Of a stretch of 64,000 nt of DNA, positions 18,983-28,877 are shown piece by piece (the stretch's first letter is position 1; each line of letters opens with the position of its first letter). The stretch is taken from the NCBI GenBank assembly GCA_964520615.1, contig CAZFNL010000137.1, positions 148,898 through 212,897 of the forward strand, read 5' to 3'. The notes beneath the pieces were generated by a model. That model searched no databases. It was not told the DNA's origin and saw only the letters and a program-made list of their open reading frames with translations. Source of the stretch: an uncultured Gammaproteobacteria bacterium. Its GTDB lineage: Bacteria; Patescibacteriota; Microgenomatia; 2-02-FULL-39-11. Made by a program: the position numbers and the translations under genes.

Positions 18983-19588
18983 CTAACTTTTTTCAAATAT
19001 GTCGGCATACCTGTAACGTACGTCTACCGCGCCCTGCCTTATAATTTTCCATTTTTCGCCTGAACAGTCAACAACAGTAGAAACATTACCCCCACTGCAT
19101 TTGCCATTTATCACATAATCAACCTTTCTAATCAATAAACTATCAATATCCTCAAAACGATAGGGAGTAGGCTGTCCGTGAAAATTGGCGGAAGGACCCA
19201 AAACCGGTACTCCCGCTCCGGAAATTAATTTCAGAGCTATTTTATGATCCGGTATTCTCAGACCTATATTTTCCCCGTTGCCCCGCACTGACGGGGGAAT
19301 GCGGTCAGTTTTCCCGGGCAAGACTATAGTGAGCGCACCCGGCCAATAATCATTTATCATATGTCGCACAATATCCGAGATGGGGTAGAGCAGGTAGTCT
19401 TGAGCCATCCTAACGCTATTAACAAGAACCGGTGTTGCTTGTGTCAGCGGACGCTCCCGCAGCTTAAACAGTCTTGAAACAGAGTCAGGAAGATCTATCC
19501 TGCAACCTATACCATACGCCGTATCTGTTGGATATATTACTATCCCGCCCTGCTTGAGTATTTTTATTGCTTTTTTTATTTCTTCCAT
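18983..19588 (-). CDS. tsaC: L-threonylcarbamoyladenylate synthase (YrdC/Sua5 family)
   Basis: YPTDTAYGIGC...RLFKLRERP matches the YrdC domain. Confidence 0.8.
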   Translation of the reverse strand: MEEIKKAIKILKQGGIVIYPTDTAYGIGCRIDLPDSVSRLFKLRERPLTQATPVLVNSVRMAQDYLLYPISDIVRHMINDYWPGALTIVLPGKTDRIPPSVRGNGENIGLRIPDHKIALKLISGAGVPVLGPSANFHGQPTPYRFEDIDSLLIRKVDYVINGKCSGGNVSTVVDCSGEKWKIIRQGAVDVRYRYADIFEKS

Positions 19589-20007
19589 CCGCTTATTTCA
19601 AAAAATCTTTTATTATCCTTCGTCTCTATATGAATATCTATCCTTTTCTGGGGCAAAAACCCTCCCAGCCTGCCGGCCCATTCGATGATATAGACTTTAT
19701 CTTTATTTTTCAACATATCCGGCAAACCCAATCCTTTTATCTCAGATTCATTGTTTATCCTATATAAGTCTATATGCAATATCTCTTTTATTTGACTTTT
19801 TTGTGGATAATAATGTCGCACAATGATGAAGGTAGGGGAGAGGACGCGTTTTCCGGGAAGAAAATAATTGATCACGCTTGAGGCAAAAACAGTTTTACCC
19901 GCGCCCAAATCGCCATAAAGACAGACCACTTCTCCACCGGAAAGCGTGGCGGCAAATTCTGCCGCCAGTTTTCTTGTCTTCTCTTCCCTATTTGTCTGAA
20001 TGTTCAT
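19576..20007 (-). CDS. tsaE: tRNA t6A biosynthesis ATPase TsaE (YjeE)
   Basis: LYGDLGAGKTVF P-loop in TsaE context. 143 aa. It overlaps tsaC by 13 bp. Confidence 0.8.
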   Translation of the reverse strand: MNIQTNREEKTRKLAAEFAATLSGGEVVCLYGDLGAGKTVFASSVINYFLPGKRVLSPTFIIVRHYYPQKSQIKEILHIDLYRINNESEIKGLGLPDMLKNKDKVYIIEWAGRLGGFLPQKRIDIHIETKDNKRFFEISGWKK

Positions 20008-20185
20008 AAATTCAATTTGTATGCAAAAAAAGCATTTTTTACGAAAAGGGTGATATTTTATGATACCAGAAGATGTGAAGTAAACGCATCAATAAGATTT
20101 CCCATCCTCACGAGCTTAGAAATTTGCACTACGAGTATCTTTTCCTGTCAGAATCAACAAGTATGATCAGTGTATAATATAATTC

Positions 20186-20665
20186 ATGCGTATACGCCAC
20201 GCAACTATTGCTGACACTCCCAATATCGTCAAACTTGGCCGACAACTCTTGGAATTGCACACCGGTTTTGACTTTGAATATTACCAACTGGAACCTGACT
20301 TTGACACCCAGTTTGCGCGATGGGTACACCAGCAACTTGGTACCCCTTACCAATTTATATTTGTATCGGAGGAAGAAAATGGCGGACAACCGATCATTTC
20401 CGGTTTCATCTCAGGTTTTATGAAGGCTTTGTATCCCTGGTTTAAAACCAAAAGTGTTGGCCACATCTCATACCTTATCATCAACCCAGCATATAGGAAA
20501 AAAGGCGTAGGCAAATCCCTGGAAAAGATGGCAAACGCATGGTTTAAGGAAAAAAATGTCCGGTATGTTGAGCTTTATGTCGAGGAAAAAAATCCAGTCG
20601 GCCAGAGGGCCTGGAAGTCTTATGGCTATATGCCTTTTAAGAAATTCCTGAGGAAAATGATTTGA
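20186..20665 (+). CDS. GNAT family N-acetyltransferase
   Basis: INPAYRKKGVGKSLE acetyl-CoA binding motif. 159 aa. Confidence 0.8.
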   Translation: MRIRHATIADTPNIVKLGRQLLELHTGFDFEYYQLEPDFDTQFARWVHQQLGTPYQFIFVSEEENGGQPIISGFISGFMKALYPWFKTKSVGHISYLIINPAYRKKGVGKSLEKMANAWFKEKNVRYVELYVEEKNPVGQRAWKSYGYMPFKKFLRKMI

Positions 20666-21559
20666 CTATTCCACTTGCGGTTTTTTAATTTTTTTCAGAC
20701 TTACAAACGCCGCGCTTCCCATAAAAAGTCCGCCTAAGGCCAGAAATATTGCGGGGAAATTTATATCAGCCTTTAGATCACCTATTTTCTCCATCTTTCC
20801 ACTTACTGAAACCTCTTTCCCACTTTTGGTAGAAACAAAACCTGAAGATAATGTCGACACGACACTGGTGGAATCACCCGTTTCAGCAGCGGCCTCATTT
20901 TCTAAGGATAAGACTTCCCCATCATCATTGAACATTTCCGCAGTGGGAAAAATAGATTTTTCTGTGGCCTTTGGCAAAGGAGTGTCTGTTGGCCGAGGGA
21001 TAGACTTTGTAACTGAAGGTTTGTCGTTGATTGGGGTAATACTTGGCGGCACGGCTGTAGGAGGAATTTTAACATTTACAGAGAGCATATTCTGATTGTC
21101 AAAACTGGAGGAACCAGATTGGGTATACCGCTGGATCTTAAAATTGTAGACACCATTCCTTTGACAGCGGGAGTCATCCGAGTCAAGTTTGGCTTTCAGA
21201 TTGACTGAGGCTGATGAAGACGACATGGTGACAGCCATTAGTTTTGTCCAACCCTCCCCTGATGTATATGGACCATTATACCAGTCTGAACCATTCCAAG
21301 TGTAACCGCAGTACCGGCTAGTATCCGGCTCGAAAAATACGCCTCTTAAGTAGTACTTGGTACCATCTGCAGAATTAATATCTATTCTGACACCTACTTC
21401 ATATTCATCTTCATACCCTTCAATTTCCGAATCGCCGTAGTTATCTATAATGATGTTAGCAGAAATTACTTGGGATCCCGTCAAAAAAAGACAGGCAGAA
21501 AAAACAAACAGTAAAGAAATTATTGCCCTGAAAATAAACATGCTGCCACCATCTATCAA
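20666..21559 (-). CDS. Secreted hypothetical protein with C-terminal TM anchor and basic tail
   Basis: Signal peptide, then a Ser/Thr/Pro-rich central region, then a C-terminal FPAIFLALGGLFMGSAAFVSLKKIKK. Confidence 0.4.
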   Translation of the reverse strand: MIDGGSMFIFRAIISLLFVFSACLFLTGSQVISANIIIDNYGDSEIEGYEDEYEVGVRIDINSADGTKYYLRGVFFEPDTSRYCGYTWNGSDWYNGPYTSGEGWTKLMAVTMSSSSASVNLKAKLDSDDSRCQRNGVYNFKIQRYTQSGSSSFDNQNMLSVNVKIPPTAVPPSITPINDKPSVTKSIPRPTDTPLPKATEKSIFPTAEMFNDDGEVLSLENEAAAETGDSTSVVSTLSSGFVSTKSGKEVSVSGKMEKIGDLKADINFPAIFLALGGLFMGSAAFVSLKKIKKPQVE

Positions 21560-22773
21560 TTGGCTAGATGCCAGTATAATGTCATTTTTCCATTGGGATG
21601 GAATATAAATACTCCATTTCCGGCAGTCTGGCCACCGTGATAATAATATGCGTCGCCCGAATCCACTGCCCTTATGAGCGTATCTGAATCATCATACATA
21701 TCCACTCCGCTATGGATACCCGATTGGTATCTCCATGAATAGGGTGTATGTCCGAAACATTGGGATATGATTGGGTCACTAAGAGGCCAATCCCATGACC
21801 CGCTGCCTATAGGCTTTACAATTCTGCCAGTTGCCGACACATCATCACATGAATTTGGCTCAAATATAAGCGGTCTGGTAACAAGATCGTTCAAGGGGTT
21901 TTCGTACCCGCTCTCAAAATTGAATTTATTCAAATCTGCCTCGTTCAGATTATATACGGCAAAGTGAAGATGCGGACCCGTAGAAAAACCGGTATTACCC
22001 ATTATACCTATCACATCTCCTTTGGAAACATATCTGGGTACACCAGCTTGGGACAATATAGAGGCAGCCTGCTGGATGCTCTCAGCCTCCTTTTGTGCAG
22101 CTTCAAGTTCGCTTCTATAGATATTTTCGTTGTTTTGGGTTGTCTCCAGAAAAAGTTCCTTTTCTTTTTTCTGTACTGCTAATGTCGCCTGTTCTGCCTG
22201 CAATGTGGTTTGAGCCCGGTTCAATTCCACTTTTTTTTCTTCCCGCAGCTGCTTTTGGTCCTGATAGTTTATCTTGCTGTTTTGCAACTGAAAAAGAAGC
22301 CTCCTGTCATGGGCTTGAACTATCTGGACATATTTATACCTATTGAAGAAATCTGAAAATTGGTTACTTTCCAAAAGCAGATTGAAGAAAGAAAAGCCAC
22401 CGTATTTATATGTTGCCACCACCCGATCAATAAACATGGATGATATAGTAGTCAACGAATTCTCTAATTGGCTAATTTTACTGTCTAAGTCAGCTATCTG
22501 CTGTTCCAACTGATTGATATTGTCTTGTGTTGCGGCAATTTTGGCATTGGTTAATTCAATTCTCGTTGTCAGGTAAACTATTTGCGATGCCATACTCTCC
22601 CTTTGACTCGCACAGGCATTAACCACATCCGTATAACAGGATACTCTTTCATTTGGATCAGTCCTTATTGAACAAGGATCTGTTTGCGGACATGATGAAG
22701 CTTTTAAGCTTTTAACATTCAGGAAAAGAAAAAGGGGAATGCAAAGAAGTATTGGTAACCAGAATTTCCTCAT
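21556..22773 (-). CDS. M23 family metallopeptidase with N-terminal coiled-coil (EnvC/PcsB-like)
   Basis: GNTGFSTGPHLHFAVY is the M23 motif. About 200 aa of coiled-coil sit upstream. It is located immediately downstream of ftsEX. Confidence 0.8.
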   Translation of the reverse strand: MRKFWLPILLCIPLFLFLNVKSLKASSCPQTDPCSIRTDPNERVSCYTDVVNACASQRESMASQIVYLTTRIELTNAKIAATQDNINQLEQQIADLDSKISQLENSLTTISSMFIDRVVATYKYGGFSFFNLLLESNQFSDFFNRYKYVQIVQAHDRRLLFQLQNSKINYQDQKQLREEKKVELNRAQTTLQAEQATLAVQKKEKELFLETTQNNENIYRSELEAAQKEAESIQQAASILSQAGVPRYVSKGDVIGIMGNTGFSTGPHLHFAVYNLNEADLNKFNFESGYENPLNDLVTRPLIFEPNSCDDVSATGRIVKPIGSGSWDWPLSDPIISQCFGHTPYSWRYQSGIHSGVDMYDDSDTLIRAVDSGDAYYYHGGQTAGNGVFIFHPNGKMTLYWHLAN

Positions 22774-22820
22774 ACATAAGGAGGTGTATCACATTATTAC
22801 TGCGCGATATCCAATCTTGA

Positions 22821-23774
22821 TTAATATCTCAAATATCTGGACACTGCTACCAAACTGCTAAAAAGTCCGATAATAAGACCTGACAAAAGCAGTACCACCC
22901 AAAGAAGAAGAAAGATTGCCCCAGAAAACGGCCATATTTGCAGGGTAAATCCTGACATTTCCAAAAGCGGCAGGGCTGGGATGCCTTTCAAAAATGAGGT
23001 AATAAAAGGAGATAAATAAAGCATTATGACAGAAACTATCACCCATGCGCCCGTGGCACCCATAAGTCCGTAAGTTACGCCTTCATAAATGAAAGGTTTT
23101 CTGATGTACCAGGGAGTTGCCCCAACAAGTTTCAGTATCTCTATTTCTTCTTTTTTCAGCGCTATCTTCATGCCTATGCTGGTAAAGAGTATAAAAAATG
23201 TGGATATAAAAAGGAAAAATATAAAGACTATACCAATCTTTCTAACCGTTGAAGTCCAAGATACTAATGTATCAACAACATCTTTCTGGAAAACTACCTC
23301 ATCTATACCGGGTTCTTTTTTTACTATATCTGCAAGGCCTGACAGATACTCTGGAGAGGTAGCTGATATTTCAAGGGATGCCGGAAGTATATCCGCTGTC
23401 ACCATCTCCAATAGAAGCGGGTCATTCTTGTTCTGTTCACGATATATGGCAAGCGCCTGATCTTTTGATATATATTTGTAAGTAGCAACCCTACCGGTTG
23501 CTTTTAATTTATCAATTAAAGCATCTATCGAAGCTTTATCTTTCTCATCTTTGAAAAATACGGTCAGTTGCGGCTTTGACTCAAAATAAGTCAATATACC
23601 CGAAAGTCCTCCAGCAATAAATAGAAATACTCCCATCACAAAAAGCGTGACAAAAATCATAAATATCGCGGCAATAGACTGGTATGGCGTGCGACGCAAT
23701 CTTTGAAAGAAAGAAATAGATGATATTGAACGGCTTTTGGGCATATTAAGAATATTTTCCCTTATGTTCATCAC
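22821..23774 (-). CDS. ftsX: Cell division permease FtsX
   Basis: 317 aa with an N-terminal TM, a periplasmic domain and a C-terminal 3-TM FtsX-like permease domain. It is downstream of and overlapping ftsE. Confidence 0.8.
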   Translation of the reverse strand: MMNIRENILNMPKSRSISSISFFQRLRRTPYQSIAAIFMIFVTLFVMGVFLFIAGGLSGILTYFESKPQLTVFFKDEKDKASIDALIDKLKATGRVATYKYISKDQALAIYREQNKNDPLLLEMVTADILPASLEISATSPEYLSGLADIVKKEPGIDEVVFQKDVVDTLVSWTSTVRKIGIVFIFFLFISTFFILFTSIGMKIALKKEEIEILKLVGATPWYIRKPFIYEGVTYGLMGATGAWVIVSVIMLYLSPFITSFLKGIPALPLLEMSGFTLQIWPFSGAIFLLLWVVLLLSGLIIGLFSSLVAVSRYLRY

Positions 23775-24423
23775 GAATTATTTTTCCAGACGATAATACA
23801 ACAACTCTTTTTTTTAGACTGTTTACTATATCCACGTTATGGGTAGCCATCACTACAGTCGTTCCGCTTTTGTTTATATCGCTTATGATTTTAAGAATTT
23901 CCCACGATGTTTTTGGGTCCAGATTACCTGTAGGCTCGTCAGCCAGAAGTATTTTTGCCTCCCCAGCTATTGCACGACCGATTGCAACCCTCTGCTGTTC
24001 TCCATACGATAATTGCCCTATAAAATGGTTTTCCTTACTATCAAGATGAACAATTTTAAGTACCTCGTCAATTCTCCTGTCTATATCGCTTCGGGATTTA
24101 CCCAATATCTCCAAAGATACGGCTATATTTTCTGCTACAGTCCGATCCGATAAAAGCTTAAAATCCTGAAAGACAAATCCAACTTTTCGGCGCAGGTATG
24201 GCAATTTCCTCACTGGCAACTTATTTATCTCCCAATCATCCAAGAGAATAGTCCCATGGTTTGGTAATATATCCCGTATCAATAGACGCAATATGGTAGT
24301 CTTACCTGCTCCGGATGGACCTACCAGAAAAACATACTCACCATTTTCAACTTTCAAATTGATATCATCCAAAGCGGTAGTACTCCTGGAGTATTTTTTG
24401 CTGACAGAGTCAAAAAGAATCAT
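23746..24423 (-). CDS. ftsE: Cell division ATP-binding protein FtsE
   Basis: ABC ATPase with Walker A GPSGAGKTT, signature LSYGEQQRVAIGRA and Walker B LLADEPTGNLD. 225 aa. Confidence 0.9.
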   Translation of the reverse strand: MILFDSVSKKYSRSTTALDDINLKVENGEYVFLVGPSGAGKTTILRLLIRDILPNHGTILLDDWEINKLPVRKLPYLRRKVGFVFQDFKLLSDRTVAENIAVSLEILGKSRSDIDRRIDEVLKIVHLDSKENHFIGQLSYGEQQRVAIGRAIAGEAKILLADEPTGNLDPKTSWEILKIISDINKSGTTVVMATHNVDIVNSLKKRVVVLSSGKIIRDEHKGKYS

Positions 24424-24548
24424 AAAAGAGGAAAATATATATAGTCAAAAAACGAGTTTTCTACAATCAAAACTTTCTGTTTAATCTTCTACTTCCACTT
24501 TTCCTATAGCCGTTAATCAGCCGGCTTTTGCAAGTTTAACTCACTATT

Positions 24549-25031
24549 TTAATTTTCTACCTCTAACTTACCAACATCCATAAACCATCCAGCTTGTTGT
24601 GCTGCAAAAGTCTCACCCCACACCTTCACTTTCTTCCCTACAAACTGATTTAGATCAAGTACAGAAGAAGTCAGGTAGACGTTTTGACTGGGACCGCCCG
24701 GCCTGACCAGATGATGTGTCCCTTCTCCATCTACACCACCGGCTTCAAGCGTACCCTCTGCAGAATCCTTGAAGTTTTTGGCATTACTTGATCCCACTAC
24801 CACTTTACCCCCGCTGACAGATCCTCCTGAAGAACCTCCAATTATAGCATTTCTTGATACTGCTCTTGATAATAGATAGCCTGTCAATCCACCCGCAAAC
24901 ACAATAGTCAAAAGTACTACAAGAGACTTTCTGGTAAGAGTTTTGCTTGCAGAACTGGATAATTCATGTACCAAAGGCTTACTGGGAATATCATTCACAC
25001 TTATCCTTTTGGAACCGAATAATCTTTTCAT
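24549..25031 (-). CDS. Hypothetical membrane-anchored protein
   Basis: 160 aa with an N-terminal TM and Gly/Ser-rich linker. No recognisable domain. Confidence 0.35.
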   Translation of the reverse strand: MKRLFGSKRISVNDIPSKPLVHELSSSASKTLTRKSLVVLLTIVFAGGLTGYLLSRAVSRNAIIGGSSGGSVSGGKVVVGSSNAKNFKDSAEGTLEAGGVDGEGTHHLVRPGGPSQNVYLTSSVLDLNQFVGKKVKVWGETFAAQQAGWFMDVGKLEVEN

Positions 25032-25041
25032 ATAATCTATA

Positions 25042-26058
25042 CTATACGACAGTGGCGTATTTTTTCAAGTAGTTTATTATAAAATCCTCAATTTGTCCGT
25101 CAAGCACTCTTTTACTATCAGAAGTCTCATACCCTGTTCGCAAATCTTTCACCAGATGGTAAGGATGAAGCACGTATGAGCGGATTTGGTTACCCCACGA
25201 AGCCATCTTGAATTTCCCCCTAAGTTCCGATAGATGTTTTACTTTTTGCTCTTCCATTATTTGCCATAGTTTTCCCCGTAGTATACGAAGGGCAGTTTCC
25301 CGATTTTGTCCCTGATAGCGCTGCTCCTGACATTCAACAATAATGCCGGTAGGTTTATGTTTCAATCTCACAGCGGTTGAAACTTTATTTACATTTTGCC
25401 CTCCTTTACCACCGCTTCGGAAAAACTCCCATTCCAATTCATCGTCTTTTATTTCCACCTCTCCCGTATTTTCGAGTATGGGAATAACCTCAACGAGTGC
25501 AAATGAAGTCTGCCGCAATTTGTCTGCGTTAAAAGGAGATTGTCTAACAAGCCTATGCACTCCCGCCTCCCCTTTCAGAAATCCGTATGCCAAATATTCA
25601 CCGACCGAAAAAGTCACGCTTTTTATACCTGCTTCATCTCCCGCTACGGAATCAATAATCTCGTAACTCCAACCTTTGGATTCGATAAAGCGCATATACA
25701 TTCTCATAAGCATCTCAGTCCAATCCATTGCTTCTGTCCCACCCTGCCCGGCATGTATGGACACTATTGCTCCCTCTCCATCATGAAGCCCTGAGAAATA
25801 AAGTTCCATCTCTAGAGATGACAATTTTTCATTGGCTTCATCTAGCTTGCCCCCACTTAGTAACCCGCGAACTTCGTCTATTTCTTTTACTTGCTTAGTA
25901 AGATGGGTCAGCCTCTTCATCTTCTTGGTAGAGTTTTCCCTATCCTGCCAAAAAGCAGGGTTTCCTGATGCCGTTTCAATCTCTATAATCTGCTTTTTTT
26001 TCTCTTCAAGATTCATTTTTAGGATGATATCCTGAAGTCTTTTCTCCAAGTCTTCCAT
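25042..26058 (-). CDS. prfB: Peptide chain release factor 2
   Basis: GGQ motif ([12 protein letters not shown]) and the RF2-specific SPF motif (VRQSPFN). The ORF is continuous, with no programmed +1 frameshift. Confidence 0.9.
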   Translation of the reverse strand: MEDLEKRLQDIILKMNLEEKKKQIIEIETASGNPAFWQDRENSTKKMKRLTHLTKQVKEIDEVRGLLSGGKLDEANEKLSSLEMELYFSGLHDGEGAIVSIHAGQGGTEAMDWTEMLMRMYMRFIESKGWSYEIIDSVAGDEAGIKSVTFSVGEYLAYGFLKGEAGVHRLVRQSPFNADKLRQTSFALVEVIPILENTGEVEIKDDELEWEFFRSGGKGGQNVNKVSTAVRLKHKPTGIIVECQEQRYQGQNRETALRILRGKLWQIMEEQKVKHLSELRGKFKMASWGNQIRSYVLHPYHLVKDLRTGYETSDSKRVLDGQIEDFIINYLKKYATVV

Positions 26059-26267
26059 AGCTCACAATTTTCTCATAAAAAATTCAAATAGTAAACTCAT
26101 ATCTTGAAATCTGGCTGAAAAAGAGTTAAATATACACGTTTTGTATAAAAATAACTGATACAATTACACCTTCCTATTGCATTAGGCAAAAAGCTGAGAG
26201 TAGACTGAAAATATATTAACAATCAGTAATTATTAGATAGAATAACAAGATTCAAATAATTATTGAT

Positions 26268-27542
26268 ATGAGAAAATTTCTTAATTCAATCAAAAATAAA
26301 CTTACCAAACTGGGGCCTGGCTTTATCACTGGTGCTGCCGATGACGACCCTTCTGGAATTGCCACCTACTCTATCGCCGGAGCGCAATTTGGATACCGTC
26401 TGAATTTCCTCTCCCTTTTCCTCACTCCAATGATGATAGCAGTCCAGGAAATGTGCGGAAGGATCGGTATGGTCTCTGGTATGGGACTGGCAGGAACTAT
26501 AAGAAAATACTATTCCAAGAAACTTCTTTTTTTTTCAATCATACTTCTTTTTATAGCCAATACTGTAAATATCGGAGCAGACCTTGGTATTATGGCTGCT
26601 TCCCTTGAAATGCTTCTGGGAGTTCCTTTTGTATTCTGGCTTTTTACGGTAACAATTTTCACCATACTAATGGAAGTTTTTGTCCCCTATGATAAATACT
26701 CACGATATCTTAAATGGATGGGACTGACTCTTCTTGTATACGGTATTACGGCAATTCTGGTAAAACAAAATTGGCTGGATGTAATTAAATTTACACTTAT
26801 ACCTCACATCGAATTAAACATGACTTATCTTATGACTATGGTCGGATTCTTGGGCACCACTATATCCCCTTACCTCTTTTTCTGGCAGGCGGCAGAAGAG
26901 GTGGAAGAAGAAATAAAAGAAGGCAAGATACAGGAATTTGAAGAAACCCCGGCTGTAATTGAAACTGAGGTAAACCGGATGAAAAAAGATACCATCGCAG
27001 GCATGATCTTTTCAAATCTCATTACAGTTTCAATTATACTCACTACAACCGCCACTCTTTATAACCACGGCCTACATGATATCCAAACTCCCCAACAGGC
27101 AGCTTTTGCGCTCAAACCTCTTGCCGGAAACTTTGCCTATATACTCTTTGCTTTTGGAATCATCGGCATCGGGCTGCAAACTGTCCCTATATTAGCCGGA
27201 AGCGTAGCCTATGCATTTTCTGAGGCTTTTGGTTTCAAGGAAGGTCTGGCCAAAAAACTAGCAGAAGCCAAAGTATTTTACGGTACCATCGGTCTTGCAA
27301 CCATCATCGGGGCGCTTATGAATATTATTGGTATAAACGCAATTAAAGCACTTTATTACACTGCAATATTAAATGGCATTATTGCCGTACCACTTATTGC
27401 CATAATCATTAGATTAGCTGATGACGAAAGGATTGTAGGCAGATATAAAAGCGGAAAATGGTCCAGAATTATTGCCTGGATTACTTTTGCCTTTATGGCT
27501 ATTGCTTCAGCCCTCATGATCTATTTCCTTATCAGGGCTTAA
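26268..27542 (+). CDS. Nramp-family divalent metal cation transporter
   Basis: 424 aa with about 11 TM helices. N-terminal GPGFITGAADDDPSGIATYSIAGAQFGY resembles the Nramp TM1 region. Confidence 0.6.
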   Translation: MRKFLNSIKNKLTKLGPGFITGAADDDPSGIATYSIAGAQFGYRLNFLSLFLTPMMIAVQEMCGRIGMVSGMGLAGTIRKYYSKKLLFFSIILLFIANTVNIGADLGIMAASLEMLLGVPFVFWLFTVTIFTILMEVFVPYDKYSRYLKWMGLTLLVYGITAILVKQNWLDVIKFTLIPHIELNMTYLMTMVGFLGTTISPYLFFWQAAEEVEEEIKEGKIQEFEETPAVIETEVNRMKKDTIAGMIFSNLITVSIILTTTATLYNHGLHDIQTPQQAAFALKPLAGNFAYILFAFGIIGIGLQTVPILAGSVAYAFSEAFGFKEGLAKKLAEAKVFYGTIGLATIIGALMNIIGINAIKALYYTAILNGIIAVPLIAIIIRLADDERIVGRYKSGKWSRIIAWITFAFMAIASALMIYFLIRA

Positions 27543-27544
27543 TC

Positions 27545-28864
27545 TTATAATATCAAATTCTTTATCCATTCCCCCAACTGGCTCGGCTTTTCAACTACTC
27601 TATCTTTAGTTTCTATTCGAGATATTTCTGCATCTTCACTTTTGACAAAATGTTCGCTCCGGCGGGAAAAGATGAATTCTCCTTTTTCAAGTAAATAAGG
27701 TTCGTATTCATCCCGTAAATACACTGCCGTCTTACCCTCCATCCTGAAAACTCCAAAATTTCTTCCCGAAATATATTTTGGTTGAACCGAAGAATTACGA
27801 AGGATAAGCTGTGAAGCGGACAAATTTTCATTTTGTGAATAGTGAAATGGATAATCTCTGCCTAAAAAAGTCGCCAGGTGAAAAGAGACCATTGGTACTA
27901 GACCAGCTTCAGCTTCAAGCCTGCTAAAAAAAGCAGATGATGCAGTAAACCTGGCGTTGCATTCCGAAATATATATTTTACCGGAGTTTTTTTCCACCAT
28001 AAAATCCAATCCGAAAAAACCTCTGAAACCATCTATAAACATTAATTTCCCTACTTTTTCAGTTATTTCCTTTATCAGCTTATTCTGATCAGCCTCAATA
28101 AAACCAACCAGCCACTGTCTGCCGCAGGTCACACCTTTCTTTTCCCGCAGCTCGGGAATATCGCTTATTTGCAGTGCAACAGGACTCACTAGAATATTTC
28201 CGTCACTCAAAACACAAACATTATTCAATAATGTATAACCATCGATATATTTATTTACTTTAACTGTTGTATAAGGAAATCTGTCTGCTATCTTTTCAAA
28301 GTCATCCTCCGAGCTGATAAAGAAAGTCGTCTTACCAGCCCATCCGTGGGCAAACTGCACTACAAAGGGAAGATTCAATTCCTTGGCCATCATTTCAAAC
28401 TTCAGATCATTTAACTTACCAGTTAATCCCGGAATACTATTTTCTACTATTTTGTCTCTAACCAATTCATAAAAAAGCACCTTATCTTCAAACCGATCGT
28501 TTAGTTCTCTTGTGTTCACCAAAGGTCTATAACCCCTTTTGCTGCATAAGAATTCCACTTTCTTTGACGGCTTAAAAACCAAAATATTTGGACGTTTGCT
28601 GTGTATTTCAATATATTGGGAGACTAAAGGATGTGCCAGAAGGCCTCCGGATGTGGCATAAGATCCCAATTTAACCAATTCTTCATTTTCAGAAAGACAA
28701 AATATATTGGCTCCTTTTTTTCTCAACAGTGGAATTATAGGGTCCGGATACAAACATACTATATGATAATTTGACAATACAGTGTCCAATCCTATACCCC
28801 TTTTTACATCAGGAGTGATGTAAAAAATTTGTTCACCTGAGAAGCTATCTTGCCATTTATTCAT
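27545..28864 (-). CDS. ATP-grasp domain protein (carbamoyl-phosphate-synthase-like subgroup), substrate unknown
   Basis: C-terminal ISECNARFTASSAF parallels the CPSase/biotin-carboxylase motif IEVNPRxSRSSAL. GLDFMVE is upstream of it. 439 aa. Confidence 0.55.
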   Translation of the reverse strand: MNKWQDSFSGEQIFYITPDVKRGIGLDTVLSNYHIVCLYPDPIIPLLRKKGANIFCLSENEELVKLGSYATSGGLLAHPLVSQYIEIHSKRPNILVFKPSKKVEFLCSKRGYRPLVNTRELNDRFEDKVLFYELVRDKIVENSIPGLTGKLNDLKFEMMAKELNLPFVVQFAHGWAGKTTFFISSEDDFEKIADRFPYTTVKVNKYIDGYTLLNNVCVLSDGNILVSPVALQISDIPELREKKGVTCGRQWLVGFIEADQNKLIKEITEKVGKLMFIDGFRGFFGLDFMVEKNSGKIYISECNARFTASSAFFSRLEAEAGLVPMVSFHLATFLGRDYPFHYSQNENLSASQLILRNSSVQPKYISGRNFGVFRMEGKTAVYLRDEYEPYLLEKGEFIFSRRSEHFVKSEDAEISRIETKDRVVEKPSQLGEWIKNLIL

Positions 28865-28877
28865 AACAACCAGAATA

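Noticed and set aside
25042-26058. Programmed +1 frameshift in prfB
   Set aside because: The ORF is continuous from an N-terminal Met through the SPF and GGQ motifs. No short upstream ORF ending in an in-frame UGA is evident.
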